DNA of 52,688 nt, from the IMG/VR virus record IMGVR_UViG_3300034123_000003, positions 1 through 52,688 of that record; one strand, written 5' to 3'. How positions within the stretch are numbered: the stretch's first letter is position 1; the number at the start of each line of letters is the position of its first letter. A model generated the notes under the pieces. It saw nothing but the letters and a program-made list of their open reading frames with translations, had not been told where the DNA came from and ran no database searches. This DNA comes from a virus (Duplodnaviria > Caudoviricetes). Shown here one piece after another: positions 1-9,613 of the stretch. A program made the position numbers and the translations under genes.

Positions 1-116
1 TTGGCATGGAGAAAATCCTTACCCTTATCGGTTCCGTAGACAAATCGGACACGTACACAGTAAAAGGAAGGCCGCTTGCCAATGGCATCTGTGAATGGGA
101 TTTGGTTTGGCTTGGC
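1..116. repeat. Terminal overlap, identical to 52548-52663 (circularisation point)
   Basis: ttggcatggagaaaatcc...ggtttggcttggc occurs at both ends; identity stops after base 116 / 52663. Confidence 0.95.
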
Positions 117-857
117 GGCGGTGGCGGCGGATCGAGCGCGTCTCCGGTAACCGCTCGGCTTGGCGTGGCCGCAAGCTACTCTCTTCTTGCTTACTCGGGG
201 ATTACGAACACCGGGAACACGGTTATCTCCGGTGGCAACATCGGCTCGTCCCCGACAGCATCCATTACCGGCTTCCCTCCGGGGACTCTCACGGCTCCAG
301 CGATCATCAACAACGCAGGAGCAGCGGCGGCGCAGACTGCTTTGGCGTCGGCGATCCTTTACTATCAGGGGTTGACTCCAACCCTTTCCGGGTTGAGCAA
401 TCTCAGCACCGGAGGAAACGGCTCTACGGCGGCTACGTTCACCTCCGGCGTCTACGTTGGCGCGGCTGGGTTGACGATGCCGACAGGGATCATTCTCGAC
501 GCGCAGAACAACCCAAACGCCACATTCGTGTTTGTGGCAGGATCGACAATCAACCTTGCCAGCGGCCAGACGGTATCGCTTGTGAATGGAGCGAAGGCTT
601 CTAACGTGGTGTTCGTGGCAGGTAGTTCCTTTACATCAGTGGCTACCTCGACGATTAACGGAAACATCCTTGCTGTGGCCAGTGTCACGCTTGGGGGCGG
701 TACACTGAATGGACGCGCACTCGCCAACACCGGGGCGGTCACTATCGCGGCGGCTACGGCTGCTACCGTTCCGGCATCTGGCAGCACTGGAGGCGAAGTG
801 GCTGCGGGAACAAACTTGTCTGGCTTCACTGTGAGGCTTACGGCTATCGGGATTTAG
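1..857 (+). CDS. 3' part of a small head-associated protein carrying an inserted DUF3494 ice-binding (IBP-1 fold) domain; true start is ATG 52412 across the junction (330 aa total)
   Basis: DUF3494 hallmarks LGVAASYSLLAYSGITNTG..GNIGSSP, TFTSGVY, LDAQNNPNATFVF, LVNGAKASNVVF, GNILA..SVTL..LNGRALA..GAVTI; flanks are homologous to ORF 52076-52402. Confidence 0.9.
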   Translation, partial: GMEKILTLIGSVDKSDTYTVKGRPLANGICEWDLVWLGGGGGGSSASPVTARLGVAASYSLLAYSGITNTGNTVISGGNIGSSPTASITGFPPGTLTAPAIINNAGAAAAQTALASAILYYQGLTPTLSGLSNLSTGGNGSTAATFTSGVYVGAAGLTMPTGIILDAQNNPNATFVFVAGSTINLASGQTVSLVNGAKASNVVFVAGSSFTSVATSTINGNILAVASVTLGGGTLNGRALANTGAVTIAAATAATVPASGSTGGEVAAGTNLSGFTVRLTAIGI

Positions 858-881
858 GGATAGGTTTTCATTAACCTTTGG

Positions 882-915
882 GCTGGGGGCTTCACGGCCC
901 TCAGCTTTTTCTTTT
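882..915 (+). terminator. Intrinsic terminator after the head module
   Basis: gctgggggc-ttcacg-gccctcagc stem followed by tttttctttt. Confidence 0.75.
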
Positions 916-926
916 AAGGAGAGAAC

Positions 927-1928
927 GTGGCGCTCATCGACATGACCTCTGAGCTTACCGACTTGGTTCCAGCGTTGAGCCGTGTCCGTGCTAAGAGGCT
1001 CGTCAATCGCGCATTCAAGATCGCTCAAGACTCATCGTTGTGGAGCTTTCAACTTCAGCAGGGAAGTTTCTCCACGCCGAGCGTATCGACGGCTGGTTCG
1101 GTCACGTTCTCGTTGGGAAGCAATCAGGTCATCGGCGATGCGGCGGCTTCTGCTCAGTGGCAGGCGTTGCCGTTCTACTGGAGCCCGACGACTCAGCAGA
1201 TCAGGGCGCAAGGTTACTCGGTCTACTCCATCATCGCAATGGATACGACCGACCCTAACGCGGTGGTTTTGACTCTCGACAGGAACTTCACCGATCCTCT
1301 CAAGTTCTACACCGGGGTTCCCTACCAGATGTACGGGGCATACATTCCGGCTCCAAAGGGCTTCAAACGGTGGCTGAGTGTGGCAGACATGTTCGATATG
1401 TGGTCGATGGACATTTGGACTGGAGTTCGCACAGAGAACCTTGTCGATCCTGCCCGTCAAATATCGTCGAACCCTTACCGGATGCTGCCCATTGGAACAG
1501 ACCGGCGCGGCGCTGGAACAGCAACTCCTTCGGCCACTCTGAATCAGCAACTCTACGAGCTTTACCCATACCCGACTACAGAGATTTCCTACCAATGGTA
1601 CGCCGTAGTCGAGTGGCCGGAACTGGTGAACAACAGCGACACCCTTCCGTACCCTCTCGACGAAGAGGTAATCACTCAGAAGGCTTTGACGTGGGCCTAC
1701 AGGGACGCAGAGAGCCGGAAGGATATTATGGCGGCGAAGGGGGCAGGTGGGAACTATCTCGGCCTCAAGAAAGACTCGGAGACTGACTTCTTGACCCGCC
1801 TGAAGACTTTGCGCCTGTTGGACCGGGAGGCGTGTGATGCGTACATGGTTGACATGCGGGCCGCGATGAGATGTCTTACGTTCTGTCCTTGGTTCAACAG
1901 TTCAACGATGAGATCGAGTCCATTCTAG
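927..1928 (+). CDS. Putative head-tail adaptor / tail tubular protein
   Basis: 333-aa ORF, RBS aaggag, first gene after the head module; helical termini with beta-rich middle as in podovirus adaptors; positional call. Confidence 0.5.
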   Translation: MALIDMTSELTDLVPALSRVRAKRLVNRAFKIAQDSSLWSFQLQQGSFSTPSVSTAGSVTFSLGSNQVIGDAAASAQWQALPFYWSPTTQQIRAQGYSVYSIIAMDTTDPNAVVLTLDRNFTDPLKFYTGVPYQMYGAYIPAPKGFKRWLSVADMFDMWSMDIWTGVRTENLVDPARQISSNPYRMLPIGTDRRGAGTATPSATLNQQLYELYPYPTTEISYQWYAVVEWPELVNNSDTLPYPLDEEVITQKALTWAYRDAESRKDIMAAKGAGGNYLGLKKDSETDFLTRLKTLRLLDREACDAYMVDMRAAMRCLTFCPWFNSSTMRSSPF

Positions 1929-1938
1929 GAGGCGGGTA

Positions 1939-2190
1939 ATGGCAAACGAAGCAGACGATCTAGTCAACACGATCAAAAGCTCTTGGAAAAAGGCTTACGA
2001 TCTAGCCAATAAGGTTCCTTGGAAAAAGCAGGAATACACGGACATGCACGCCAAGAGAGTCGATGAGGCGAATGAGTCTTTTCGCAAAGAGGGCGGGAGA
2101 AAGAAACTGACTCCCGAAGGTCCGAAATTGGGCAGCAAGAAGAAGACGGCTAAAAAGACGCGGAAGGAAACGGCGAGAAAGAGGAACTGA
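1939..2190 (+). CDS. Small basic hypothetical protein
   Basis: RBS ggagg, K/R-rich C-terminus. Confidence 0.7.
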   Translation: MANEADDLVNTIKSSWKKAYDLANKVPWKKQEYTDMHAKRVDEANESFRKEGGRKKLTPEGPKLGSKKKTAKKTRKETARKRN

Positions 2191-3537
2191 TTGGCTGGTT
2201 ACTCGTATGTAAATCTCGGCCAACTCCGCGCTGCTCTGATGCATAGGCTTCAAGACGCGGGGAACGTAAATGTCCCCGTCGCCGAGGCAAATCTCTACAT
2301 CACGGAAGCTCTTCGTGTTCTCTGTGCCCAAACACAGGCCCCCGGAATTGTCGATTTCATTCTCGACTTCAACCCCGGAGATACGTGGAAGAGTCTCAAC
2401 TTCGCAGGATCGCCACGCGAACGCACCGTTACCGACACGGACATCTACAGACAGATCGAAGCCATGCTGTACGAGCCGATGAGCGGCGGCGTGTGGACCG
2501 GAACCAATCAGTTCAACATCACGCAACTGGCGAACTCGCTTCAATATCGCCGCGACGAACTCTTGCTGGCTTCTGGGTGCAACACGGTCAACCTTCTCAC
2601 GCCGTCGCCGCTTCTCTCTACGACGACCATTCTTCCCGATTCGACGCTTGACCTTCAGAGGGTGAGGTTGGTTCCAGACTCTACTCTTTCGTCAGAGTCA
2701 CCCTACGCTCTGGGGCGAGAGGATGTGACGACGCGCGATTCGTTTGGAGTACTGCTTCCGATACAGCCCGGTTATCCTGAATCGTGGATGATTACGGCAA
2801 ACTCCCCACTTGAGTTCGATTGCTCCTGCCCACCAAACCAGCCGGGTATGTGGGACATGCTTGTTCCCTTCGCTGGAGTGGCGTTTATTCCGCCAGCAAG
2901 CACCCTTGTAGGCATTCCTGACGACTGGACCCCTGCACTGGTCTATGGAGTGCTGGCTGACGTGCTGGCGAACTCTCCAGAGGGAAGAGACGAGAAACGG
3001 TCCAAGTATTGCCTTCAGAGGTACGAGCAGTTCAAGAAGGCTATGGTGAAGATGCCGTGGCTGCTCGACGCCAGCGTGGGGTCTATCCCGGTTGACATGC
3101 CATCGTTCAAGGAGATGGACGCCTACGCGCAGAACTGGGAGCAGACTTGGCCTGCCGACGATCCGAACATCGTAGTGGGTGGAATCGATCTAGTCTCACT
3201 CGCGCCGAATGTCCCCGTCTCCGGCGTAACCGTCTCTGCGGCTCTGACCGTCGTAGGCAATGCGCCGATACCGACAGGCGATGCAAGCCTGATACAACTC
3301 GACCGGGCTGGAGTTGATGCCATTCTGAACTACTCTCAGCACGTGGCATCATTCAAGCAGGGAGGGAAAGACTTCTTCAACACTCTTCCTCTATTCCAGC
3401 AGTTCGAGGACTATTGCCGCCTCAAGAACCGTCAGTATGCGGCGTTGGGAATCTTCCGTCCAGACGTGATTGGGCAAGGCGATAGGGGCCAAGAACGTGA
3501 CCCCCGGTTTGAGAAGGAGCAGCCGGAAAATGGCTAA
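2191..3537 (+). CDS. Putative virion structural protein (adaptor-like)
   Basis: 448-aa ORF, TTG start with gagga RBS, in tail module. Confidence 0.5.
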   Translation: MAGYSYVNLGQLRAALMHRLQDAGNVNVPVAEANLYITEALRVLCAQTQAPGIVDFILDFNPGDTWKSLNFAGSPRERTVTDTDIYRQIEAMLYEPMSGGVWTGTNQFNITQLANSLQYRRDELLLASGCNTVNLLTPSPLLSTTTILPDSTLDLQRVRLVPDSTLSSESPYALGREDVTTRDSFGVLLPIQPGYPESWMITANSPLEFDCSCPPNQPGMWDMLVPFAGVAFIPPASTLVGIPDDWTPALVYGVLADVLANSPEGRDEKRSKYCLQRYEQFKKAMVKMPWLLDASVGSIPVDMPSFKEMDAYAQNWEQTWPADDPNIVVGGIDLVSLAPNVPVSGVTVSAALTVVGNAPIPTGDASLIQLDRAGVDAILNYSQHVASFKQGGKDFFNTLPLFQQFEDYCRLKNRQYAALGIFRPDVIGQGDRGQERDPRFEKEQPENG

Positions 3538-3554
3538 GCGTCAAGACAATCTCG

Positions 3555-3584
3555 TTGCATCTAATCCGATAAATGTTTTATACT
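3555..3584 (+). promoter_or_regulatory. Sigma70-like promoter, probably leaderless, for the HNH gene
   Basis: TTGCAT-N18-TATACT then 6 nt to ATG 3591. Confidence 0.55.
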
Positions 3585-3590
3585 TGTTAC

Positions 3591-4352
3591 ATGAAATGTC
3601 TCGTATGTGGAGCAGATGTTGAACGGAAAAAGAGAGGCCGATCTCCGATGTATTGTGGATCAAAATGTCGAGAAAGAGCCCGCCCCAAGACAGAAAAGCG
3701 TCTTGAACAGAAGCGTTCGGCGTATCGAGCCCACTACCAAAGAAACAAGGATGCTATTCTTGCAAAAAACCGAGAGTGGATCAAGGATCATCCTGAAAAG
3801 CCTAGAGAGTACACCGCATCATACAGAGATCGTAATCCAGAGGTGCGTGAAAAAGAGAGGATCAGAATACGCGAATACCACGCCCAAAACCGAGATATTG
3901 AATTAATCAAAAAAAAGGAATATCGACAGAAAAATAGTTTGAAAATGAGGAGGTACGCAGAAGAGAACCGGGAAAAGTTGAATGAGTATTCTCGTAATTG
4001 GCAAGCAAAAAAACGCGCTGAAAACCCAGAACTTAATCGGCAGAAACAGAAGGAATGGTATCGGCGTAATCCAGCTAAATATCTAGCGAAGACTCACCGA
4101 CGTGAAACACGTCTCACTGGCGCTGGAGGATCGTACACTGCTGAAGAGTGGAACTCTTTGTTGGACAAGTACGGGCATCGCTGTTTGCGATGCGGAAAGA
4201 CAGGAATAAAACTGACGGTAGATCACGTGATTCCTGTACTACTGGGAGGGACATCGAATATCGATAACCTTCAACCCTTATGCTTGTCTTGCAACTCTCA
4301 CAAGCACACCCGAATAGTCGATTATAGGCCGGAGGAAATTCATGGCGCGTAG
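3591..4352 (+). CDS. HNH endonuclease (free-standing, homing-like)
   Basis: N-terminal CxxC..YCxxxC, long basic helical region, C-terminal CLRCG..LTVDHVIP..GGTSNIDNLQPLCLSCN; visibly more A-rich than neighbours. Confidence 0.9.
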   Translation: MKCLVCGADVERKKRGRSPMYCGSKCRERARPKTEKRLEQKRSAYRAHYQRNKDAILAKNREWIKDHPEKPREYTASYRDRNPEVREKERIRIREYHAQNRDIELIKKKEYRQKNSLKMRRYAEENREKLNEYSRNWQAKKRAENPELNRQKQKEWYRRNPAKYLAKTHRRETRLTGAGGSYTAEEWNSLLDKYGHRCLRCGKTGIKLTVDHVIPVLLGGTSNIDNLQPLCLSCNSHKHTRIVDYRPEEIHGA

Positions 4353-7300
4353 AACCGACAACTTTGTGGGTGTTGACTTAAGCTCCCCATTGAATCGGGT
4401 TCCGGTGGGTCGCTCCCCTATGGCCGTAAACGTTCGCGGCTACGAGCAGGGTACGTTTGAGATGAGGACTTCGCTTTCCAGCCCGATTTTCATGGACTCC
4501 TCTGCGATCATCTTCGATTCATCGGTCCAGTCGATTGCGAGAATGAACGACACCACTCCAGCAGGACCCGCCGATGGGTTCGTGTTTATCGGCGTAGACG
4601 CTTCTGGGAAACTGTACTCGAACGACAGGGTGATCGCCGAAGGTCTTTCCGGTGATCCAGTCTCTATCATTCCGTTCCGTCCAAACGCTTCTGTTCAACC
4701 GTGGGCCTATGTGTTCGACAGTTCCATGGGTGTGACAATCCATACAAAGTTCGCTCTCAACAACATCCCAACAGACTTCAATTGCTTCGGCGCTCTCAAG
4801 GTTCGGTCTGATGGTTTGGTCTACAAGGCGGGAATAAAGGAACCACCTTTGGCTCCAGCGGTTGGAACGGAAAATACAATCGTCATTGACAGTGGTCCAC
4901 TACTCGCAACAGCTATTCCGTGGACCAACTACGCAGGACAGAATACCGACTTCAACTATGGAGAACTGAACGGTCTACCGAATCCCGGAACCCCTAACCC
5001 GGTAGACGGGACCGCTCCGTTCATCGTGAACGTGGCGAACGCCTCGACTATCACCATCACCTCGATTACCGGAACGGCCACCATCAACGGAGGGGCTAAG
5101 ACCCCGACGAGCGCGGGTCCTGCTGTGGGTAGCACGAATCCGGGTGGGTATGTGCAGGTCGGAGGAACATCTACCCCTCCCAGCACTGTTTCTGTAGTGG
5201 TGGGAGCATTCACGGACGGGGCTGGAAACGTCGTTGACAAAGGTGTTGCTCCCTACTACGTTCCCGCTGTTGTCGATCTTGGCGGGAACATCGGAGTTTC
5301 GATCAAAGTTCCATCGGGGGCTCGCGCACTTCAAATCGGCATCAACTCGACCGGCGACACGTTCAATGCGAACTCCGGACAATTCAATATCGAACTAGAA
5401 GTCGAAACAGATGCATTGCCTCCCACCATGGGAATTCTCAACAGCCTGTCTCTGTATTACTGGGGAGATTCCCCTAAGTCGGGAGCCGTAGATCAGTATA
5501 TCTGGAAGAATCCCGGTGACACTGGAGGTGGAACTCCTCGATCTACTTCCAACGCAGACGGAAGCATAACAGGTAACTCGTTTATTTTCGATGCAACATT
5601 TAACGCAGGAATTCCAGGTTTGCCAGGAGTTGGAGACCCTGACACTCCGATGGAATGGTCAGCACTGAGCGCAGAGAGCGCAGTAACCGGAAGCGTTCCT
5701 ATTTTCGCTTCACCAATAACAACCACCTATTCTTCGCAGACGCATTACTCAGATTTCAACTTCTGCCTCTATGGACAGATTTACATTCCTGCTGCCGGAC
5801 AGTACACATATGTTTTGACAAGCAAGGACGACTGCATATGGGGAATAGAGGGAGCAACGCTTATTTCTGCAACTCCTTCCGGGGTAGGTGAAAGCTCATC
5901 TGTTGGACTGTCCGGTTCAGGACAGACGATCACTGTAGTCAAAGGCTACTCTCTACTTCCACGCCAGAACTATACGCATGGAGATGGTGGTAAATATGCG
6001 CAGACAACAGTGGTCGTGTCATTCGCTGCGGCTGGTACTTACGGTATCGAGATCGACTACGACTACTGGTATCACTCAGGACGTATTCTGCTTCTAGAGG
6101 CATCCCCTACTCCCGGAGCATCTCCAACAATCATTCCGCCAATCACGGCTAACATTAGAACCAATACGTCTTACGCCTATAAGTACAGGTCATCCCTGAC
6201 AGGTGCGCAATCGAATCCGAGTCCAACCTCTACGCCAGAAACGACTCCCGTTTTGGCAAATACTGTCGAGGTGGTTTATTCTCCCGATCCTCAAGTAGAC
6301 AAGATCGATTACTACCGGCAGGATGGAGGACTTTCAAATTACACCTACGTGGCAACAGGTCCAAACACTAATCCTCCCACTGCGATCACAGATTCTCTTA
6401 CAGATGCAGAGGCGGCAAACAATCAAGAGATGACGTACACGGACTATGAGCCAGTCCCATCGATTGATATTCCAAACTCCGGAAGATGCAATGTTTCAGG
6501 AGGGGTAATAACTGCAACTTCCGGTTCGTTCAATAAGCGATGGTTGCCGGGAACAAAGATTCTTATTGGCTACCCTACACAACTTCCCTACACGTTTATC
6601 GCTCGTCCAACGAGCACAACACAGGTAGAGATTTCTGGAGTTCCTGACGGTACTAATTTGGAGTGGAATATCGCCGAGCCCGTGCTAGCAAACCAGCCGA
6701 TTCCCTACATGTTCGGACCTAGCGACAACATCAACTACATCTTCGGAGTAGGTGACAAACTTCGTCCAGGAACTCTCTACTGGTGCAATGGTTCCAATCT
6801 CGATTCATGGGCAGACACAAACCAGTTCGACGTGACCGACCCATCTGAGGCTCTTGTAAACGGAGCGATGAGCGGAGGAAGAGCGGTTTTGTTTTCCATA
6901 AAGCGCGGATGGGTTCTTAATGCGAACTTCTACAACGCTCTTGCCAATGTGACTGGTACTTCAGGATCGACATGGACGGCTCAGGACGCTTCTATACCTC
7001 GCGGCTTGTATATCCCTCGTTGCCTTATTGTGCAGGGAGGAGGAAAAATATTCTTCCGCGTGGATGATGGAATTCACTACTCGAATAAAGGAGTTGGTTC
7101 ACAGTCGATCACTGACGATGATCTTTACCCTCTCTTTGTTCATGAAGGGTCTACCCCTGTTCCCGTGGTGCGCAACGGGAAAACGATCTACCCTCCCGAC
7201 GACTCTCAGCCGAATCGTCAGAAGTTCTCGCATCAGGGTTCGTTTATGTACTGGGACTATATCGGTCTCGGAGATGGACATCCTCACACGATGGTCTATG

Positions 7301-7809
7301 ACACCGAGCGCATGGGGTGGGTGTGGGACTTGTATGAACCGGCAGCTACCATCCACGCCTCAAACCAAGGCGAGAGTATTCAGGGAAACATCGTGGGATG
7401 CGTAGACGGGTCTATCAGGCTTCTAGTCAGCGATGGAGTCGAGTCTCCTTCATCCACGGTGGCAACTCCTGCCATCGGAGGACAAGGCTACATGCTGGCC
7501 TATGAGGCAACCTTTGAGTACAAGGCCGATTCCGGGGCCACAGTGTCCTTTGTAGCGGTCGATGCGAATAATGGGAGCTACGCACCCAACTCAATCGTTC
7601 TGGACTCTACAGGAGGCCAAATCACGAAATTCACGACCAAGGTTAGCCCGTCGAAGTGGAAGCTACTTCATACGGTTTTCGACTGGTCAGATCCTTCGCT
7701 TGAGGTCTATTTGCAAGGATGCTCTCTAGCGGTGAAGCCTTGGGATGGAGAAACGTTTAAGAACGTGCCTCTGTTCCACGGGTCTGGTGGCGAGGGAGGA
7801 CAAACCTAA
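4342..7809 (+). CDS. Large tail protein (podovirus nozzle / tail tubular B-like) with internal PA14/GLEYA-like domain
   Basis: 1155 aa, beta-rich; C-half TLYWC..W, LVNG..GRAVLF, IFFRVDDGI resembles propeller nozzle proteins; GQIYIPAAGQYTYVLTSKDD is PA14-like. Confidence 0.6.
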   Translation: MARRTDNFVGVDLSSPLNRVPVGRSPMAVNVRGYEQGTFEMRTSLSSPIFMDSSAIIFDSSVQSIARMNDTTPAGPADGFVFIGVDASGKLYSNDRVIAEGLSGDPVSIIPFRPNASVQPWAYVFDSSMGVTIHTKFALNNIPTDFNCFGALKVRSDGLVYKAGIKEPPLAPAVGTENTIVIDSGPLLATAIPWTNYAGQNTDFNYGELNGLPNPGTPNPVDGTAPFIVNVANASTITITSITGTATINGGAKTPTSAGPAVGSTNPGGYVQVGGTSTPPSTVSVVVGAFTDGAGNVVDKGVAPYYVPAVVDLGGNIGVSIKVPSGARALQIGINSTGDTFNANSGQFNIELEVETDALPPTMGILNSLSLYYWGDSPKSGAVDQYIWKNPGDTGGGTPRSTSNADGSITGNSFIFDATFNAGIPGLPGVGDPDTPMEWSALSAESAVTGSVPIFASPITTTYSSQTHYSDFNFCLYGQIYIPAAGQYTYVLTSKDDCIWGIEGATLISATPSGVGESSSVGLSGSGQTITVVKGYSLLPRQNYTHGDGGKYAQTTVVVSFAAAGTYGIEIDYDYWYHSGRILLLEASPTPGASPTIIPPITANIRTNTSYAYKYRSSLTGAQSNPSPTSTPETTPVLANTVEVVYSPDPQVDKIDYYRQDGGLSNYTYVATGPNTNPPTAITDSLTDAEAANNQEMTYTDYEPVPSIDIPNSGRCNVSGGVITATSGSFNKRWLPGTKILIGYPTQLPYTFIARPTSTTQVEISGVPDGTNLEWNIAEPVLANQPIPYMFGPSDNINYIFGVGDKLRPGTLYWCNGSNLDSWADTNQFDVTDPSEALVNGAMSGGRAVLFSIKRGWVLNANFYNALANVTGTSGSTWTAQDASIPRGLYIPRCLIVQGGGKIFFRVDDGIHYSNKGVGSQSITDDDLYPLFVHEGSTPVPVVRNGKTIYPPDDSQPNRQKFSHQGSFMYWDYIGLGDGHPHTMVYDTERMGWVWDLYEPAATIHASNQGESIQGNIVGCVDGSIRLLVSDGVESPSSTVATPAIGGQGYMLAYEATFEYKADSGATVSFVAVDANNGSYAPNSIVLDSTGGQITKFTTKVSPSKWKLLHTVFDWSDPSLEVYLQGCSLAVKPWDGETFKNVPLFHGSGGEGGQT

Positions 7810-8618
7810 TGCCATGGCCAGGAGCATCTAAAAATCCGTCTACTGCCCCGTCAAACAAGTCATCGACATGGCCCGGTACTCCTACGAGTCAACAGACCCC
7901 TACGCTAAATTCTCCGTCTACGAGAAATAGTCCTACTCTCAATGAGAATTCGTCCATGTCGGAAGTTGCTGACGCCGTGAACACGGCTTTCAATGGACTG
8001 ACGAATCACGAACAGGCGTTTGCCAACATCCCAGATCAAATATCCACTCAGGCGACGGCGGTAGCTACAACAGCAGTGCAGAACATCCAGAGCCAGTCAA
8101 CATCTGGAGTAACGTCGTTCAACACCTCGACCGGATCGATCATTTATTTCCCGAATCTTGGGTACGTGAATAACCAACTTGGCAACGAAACCTACGCCAC
8201 GCAGAAGTCCGACAACGGATCGAAAATCATCGTTGGAGACTCGTCACCGGTCATCGTGAGTCTCAGTTCGTCGATGAATTCCCCATGGTTCACGATCATT
8301 GGAAACGATTCAAGTTCAACTGTCTCATTATCAACGGATTCAAGCGCGACGATTGCTGGAATACAGTCCGTGTATCCTGGCGGCACGGCCACCGTGTTCT
8401 TCGATGGAACGACGTTTTGGTGTGAAGGGGTCGTGATTGCCACAGATTCAAGCCTTGGAGTGGTAAAAGTGGACGCATCGACCATCGGCGTGGATTCTGG
8501 GATGATTCACACCATCGGTGCGACGGGGACAATACCGCTGGGTCCATTCCTAGATTCCAGCATGACCTCTATCTTTGTGCAAGATGGTTTGATAACAGGA
8601 TGGTTGCACACTCCATAA
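7809..8618 (+). CDS. Tail-associated / short fibre-like protein
   Basis: Coupled start, S/T/P-rich N-terminus, GVTSFN..TG fibre-type motif. Confidence 0.45.
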   Translation: MPWPGASKNPSTAPSNKSSTWPGTPTSQQTPTLNSPSTRNSPTLNENSSMSEVADAVNTAFNGLTNHEQAFANIPDQISTQATAVATTAVQNIQSQSTSGVTSFNTSTGSIIYFPNLGYVNNQLGNETYATQKSDNGSKIIVGDSSPVIVSLSSSMNSPWFTIIGNDSSSTVSLSTDSSATIAGIQSVYPGGTATVFFDGTTFWCEGVVIATDSSLGVVKVDASTIGVDSGMIHTIGATGTIPLGPFLDSSMTSIFVQDGLITGWLHTP

Positions 8619-8646
8619 AAGGCGTAAACTGAACGGGAGGTGTGAT

Positions 8647-9252
8647 GTGGGGGGACTTGTAGGCGGAATATTTGATTTAGTGAGCGGTGACCCAACCGAG
8701 AAAGAGCAGAAACGGTTTGGAAGACTTGCCGATGAACAACTTGCCGCTGGGCAAGGGGCGCAGACTGCTGCTCAAACCTACGACATGAATCTTCTCACAG
8801 ACCCAACCAAGGCACTCGCCCCGGAGATCAGTGCAGGGCAGGGTCAGGTGGAGCAGCAGATGCTCCAGAACTCCGAATTCGGCAATCGAGGCGGAGGAAC
8901 AAACGCCTCCACGCAAAACGCGCAGAATGCCAATCGAGGGAATATCATCAACCTCATGGGCGAGGAGCAAGGGAAGGCGGCAAGCTCTCTCGCCTCGCTT
9001 GGGACATCAGAGGTAAGCTCTGGGCAGAGCGCCCTCGGAAGCGAAGCGGGGCTGGCAAATCAGCGCCGCCAGCAACAGGTGGGAGACGTAAACGGGATTG
9101 CTCAGGGGGCGGCGAGTATCGCCACAGGGTTCGCGGGCGGCGCTGCCGCAGATGCGGGTGGGATGGGTTCGTTTTCTCCTGAGACTCAAAACTACGACCT
9201 GTCCAGCGTTTCGATCCCAGAAGAGTCGATGCAGCAGTTTCAATGGCAGTAG
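8647..9252 (+). CDS. Putative DNA-ejection (internal virion) protein
   Basis: G/A/Q-rich helical protein starting MGGLVGGIF, typical of podovirus pilot/ejection proteins. Confidence 0.5.
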   Translation: MGGLVGGIFDLVSGDPTEKEQKRFGRLADEQLAAGQGAQTAAQTYDMNLLTDPTKALAPEISAGQGQVEQQMLQNSEFGNRGGGTNASTQNAQNANRGNIINLMGEEQGKAASSLASLGTSEVSSGQSALGSEAGLANQRRQQQVGDVNGIAQGAASIATGFAGGAAADAGGMGSFSPETQNYDLSSVSIPEESMQQFQWQ

Positions 9253-9264
9253 AAAGGGTTCGCG

Positions 9265-9603
9265 ATGAATATCTCTTTTCAGGTGACGATTCCCGCAGGC
9301 GGAGTAATCAATCTGCAAACGGCGTTGTTCGGTTCTAACCCAACGAACATTGAAAGCAACGCATACGTCCAGTGGCTATCTTTCCAAAACAACTCGGCTC
9401 ACCCATGCCGCTACGGAACTTCACCAAAGGTGAGCGTTACGACTCCGGCTGCTGTGAGTGGGGGAACTGCTGGGTTAGGGACTCTATTGCAGCCGGGGGG
9501 TGCTGGTTCGCAAAGCACTCCGGTAACCTACTCCACGATGCTTTCGGAGTGGTATCTCGCGGGAACCCCCGGCGACGTAATCGACGGCCAATGTCTTCAG
9601 TAA
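9265..9603 (+). CDS. Hypothetical small beta-rich virion-like protein
   Basis: 112-aa ORF in the structural operon. Confidence 0.55.
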   Translation: MNISFQVTIPAGGVINLQTALFGSNPTNIESNAYVQWLSFQNNSAHPCRYGTSPKVSVTTPAAVSGGTAGLGTLLQPGGAGSQSTPVTYSTMLSEWYLAGTPGDVIDGQCLQ

Positions 9604-9613
9604 GAGGTGACCT

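Noticed and set aside
117-782. Intein, intron or IS element as the 666-bp insert
   Set aside because: No C/S...HN intein ends, no intron structure, no transposase or inverted repeats; it encodes a recognisable DUF3494 domain
3530-4352. Group I intron housing the HNH gene
   Set aside because: The ORF fills nearly the whole interval, leaving no room for a ribozyme core, and the downstream gene has its own RBS and ATG
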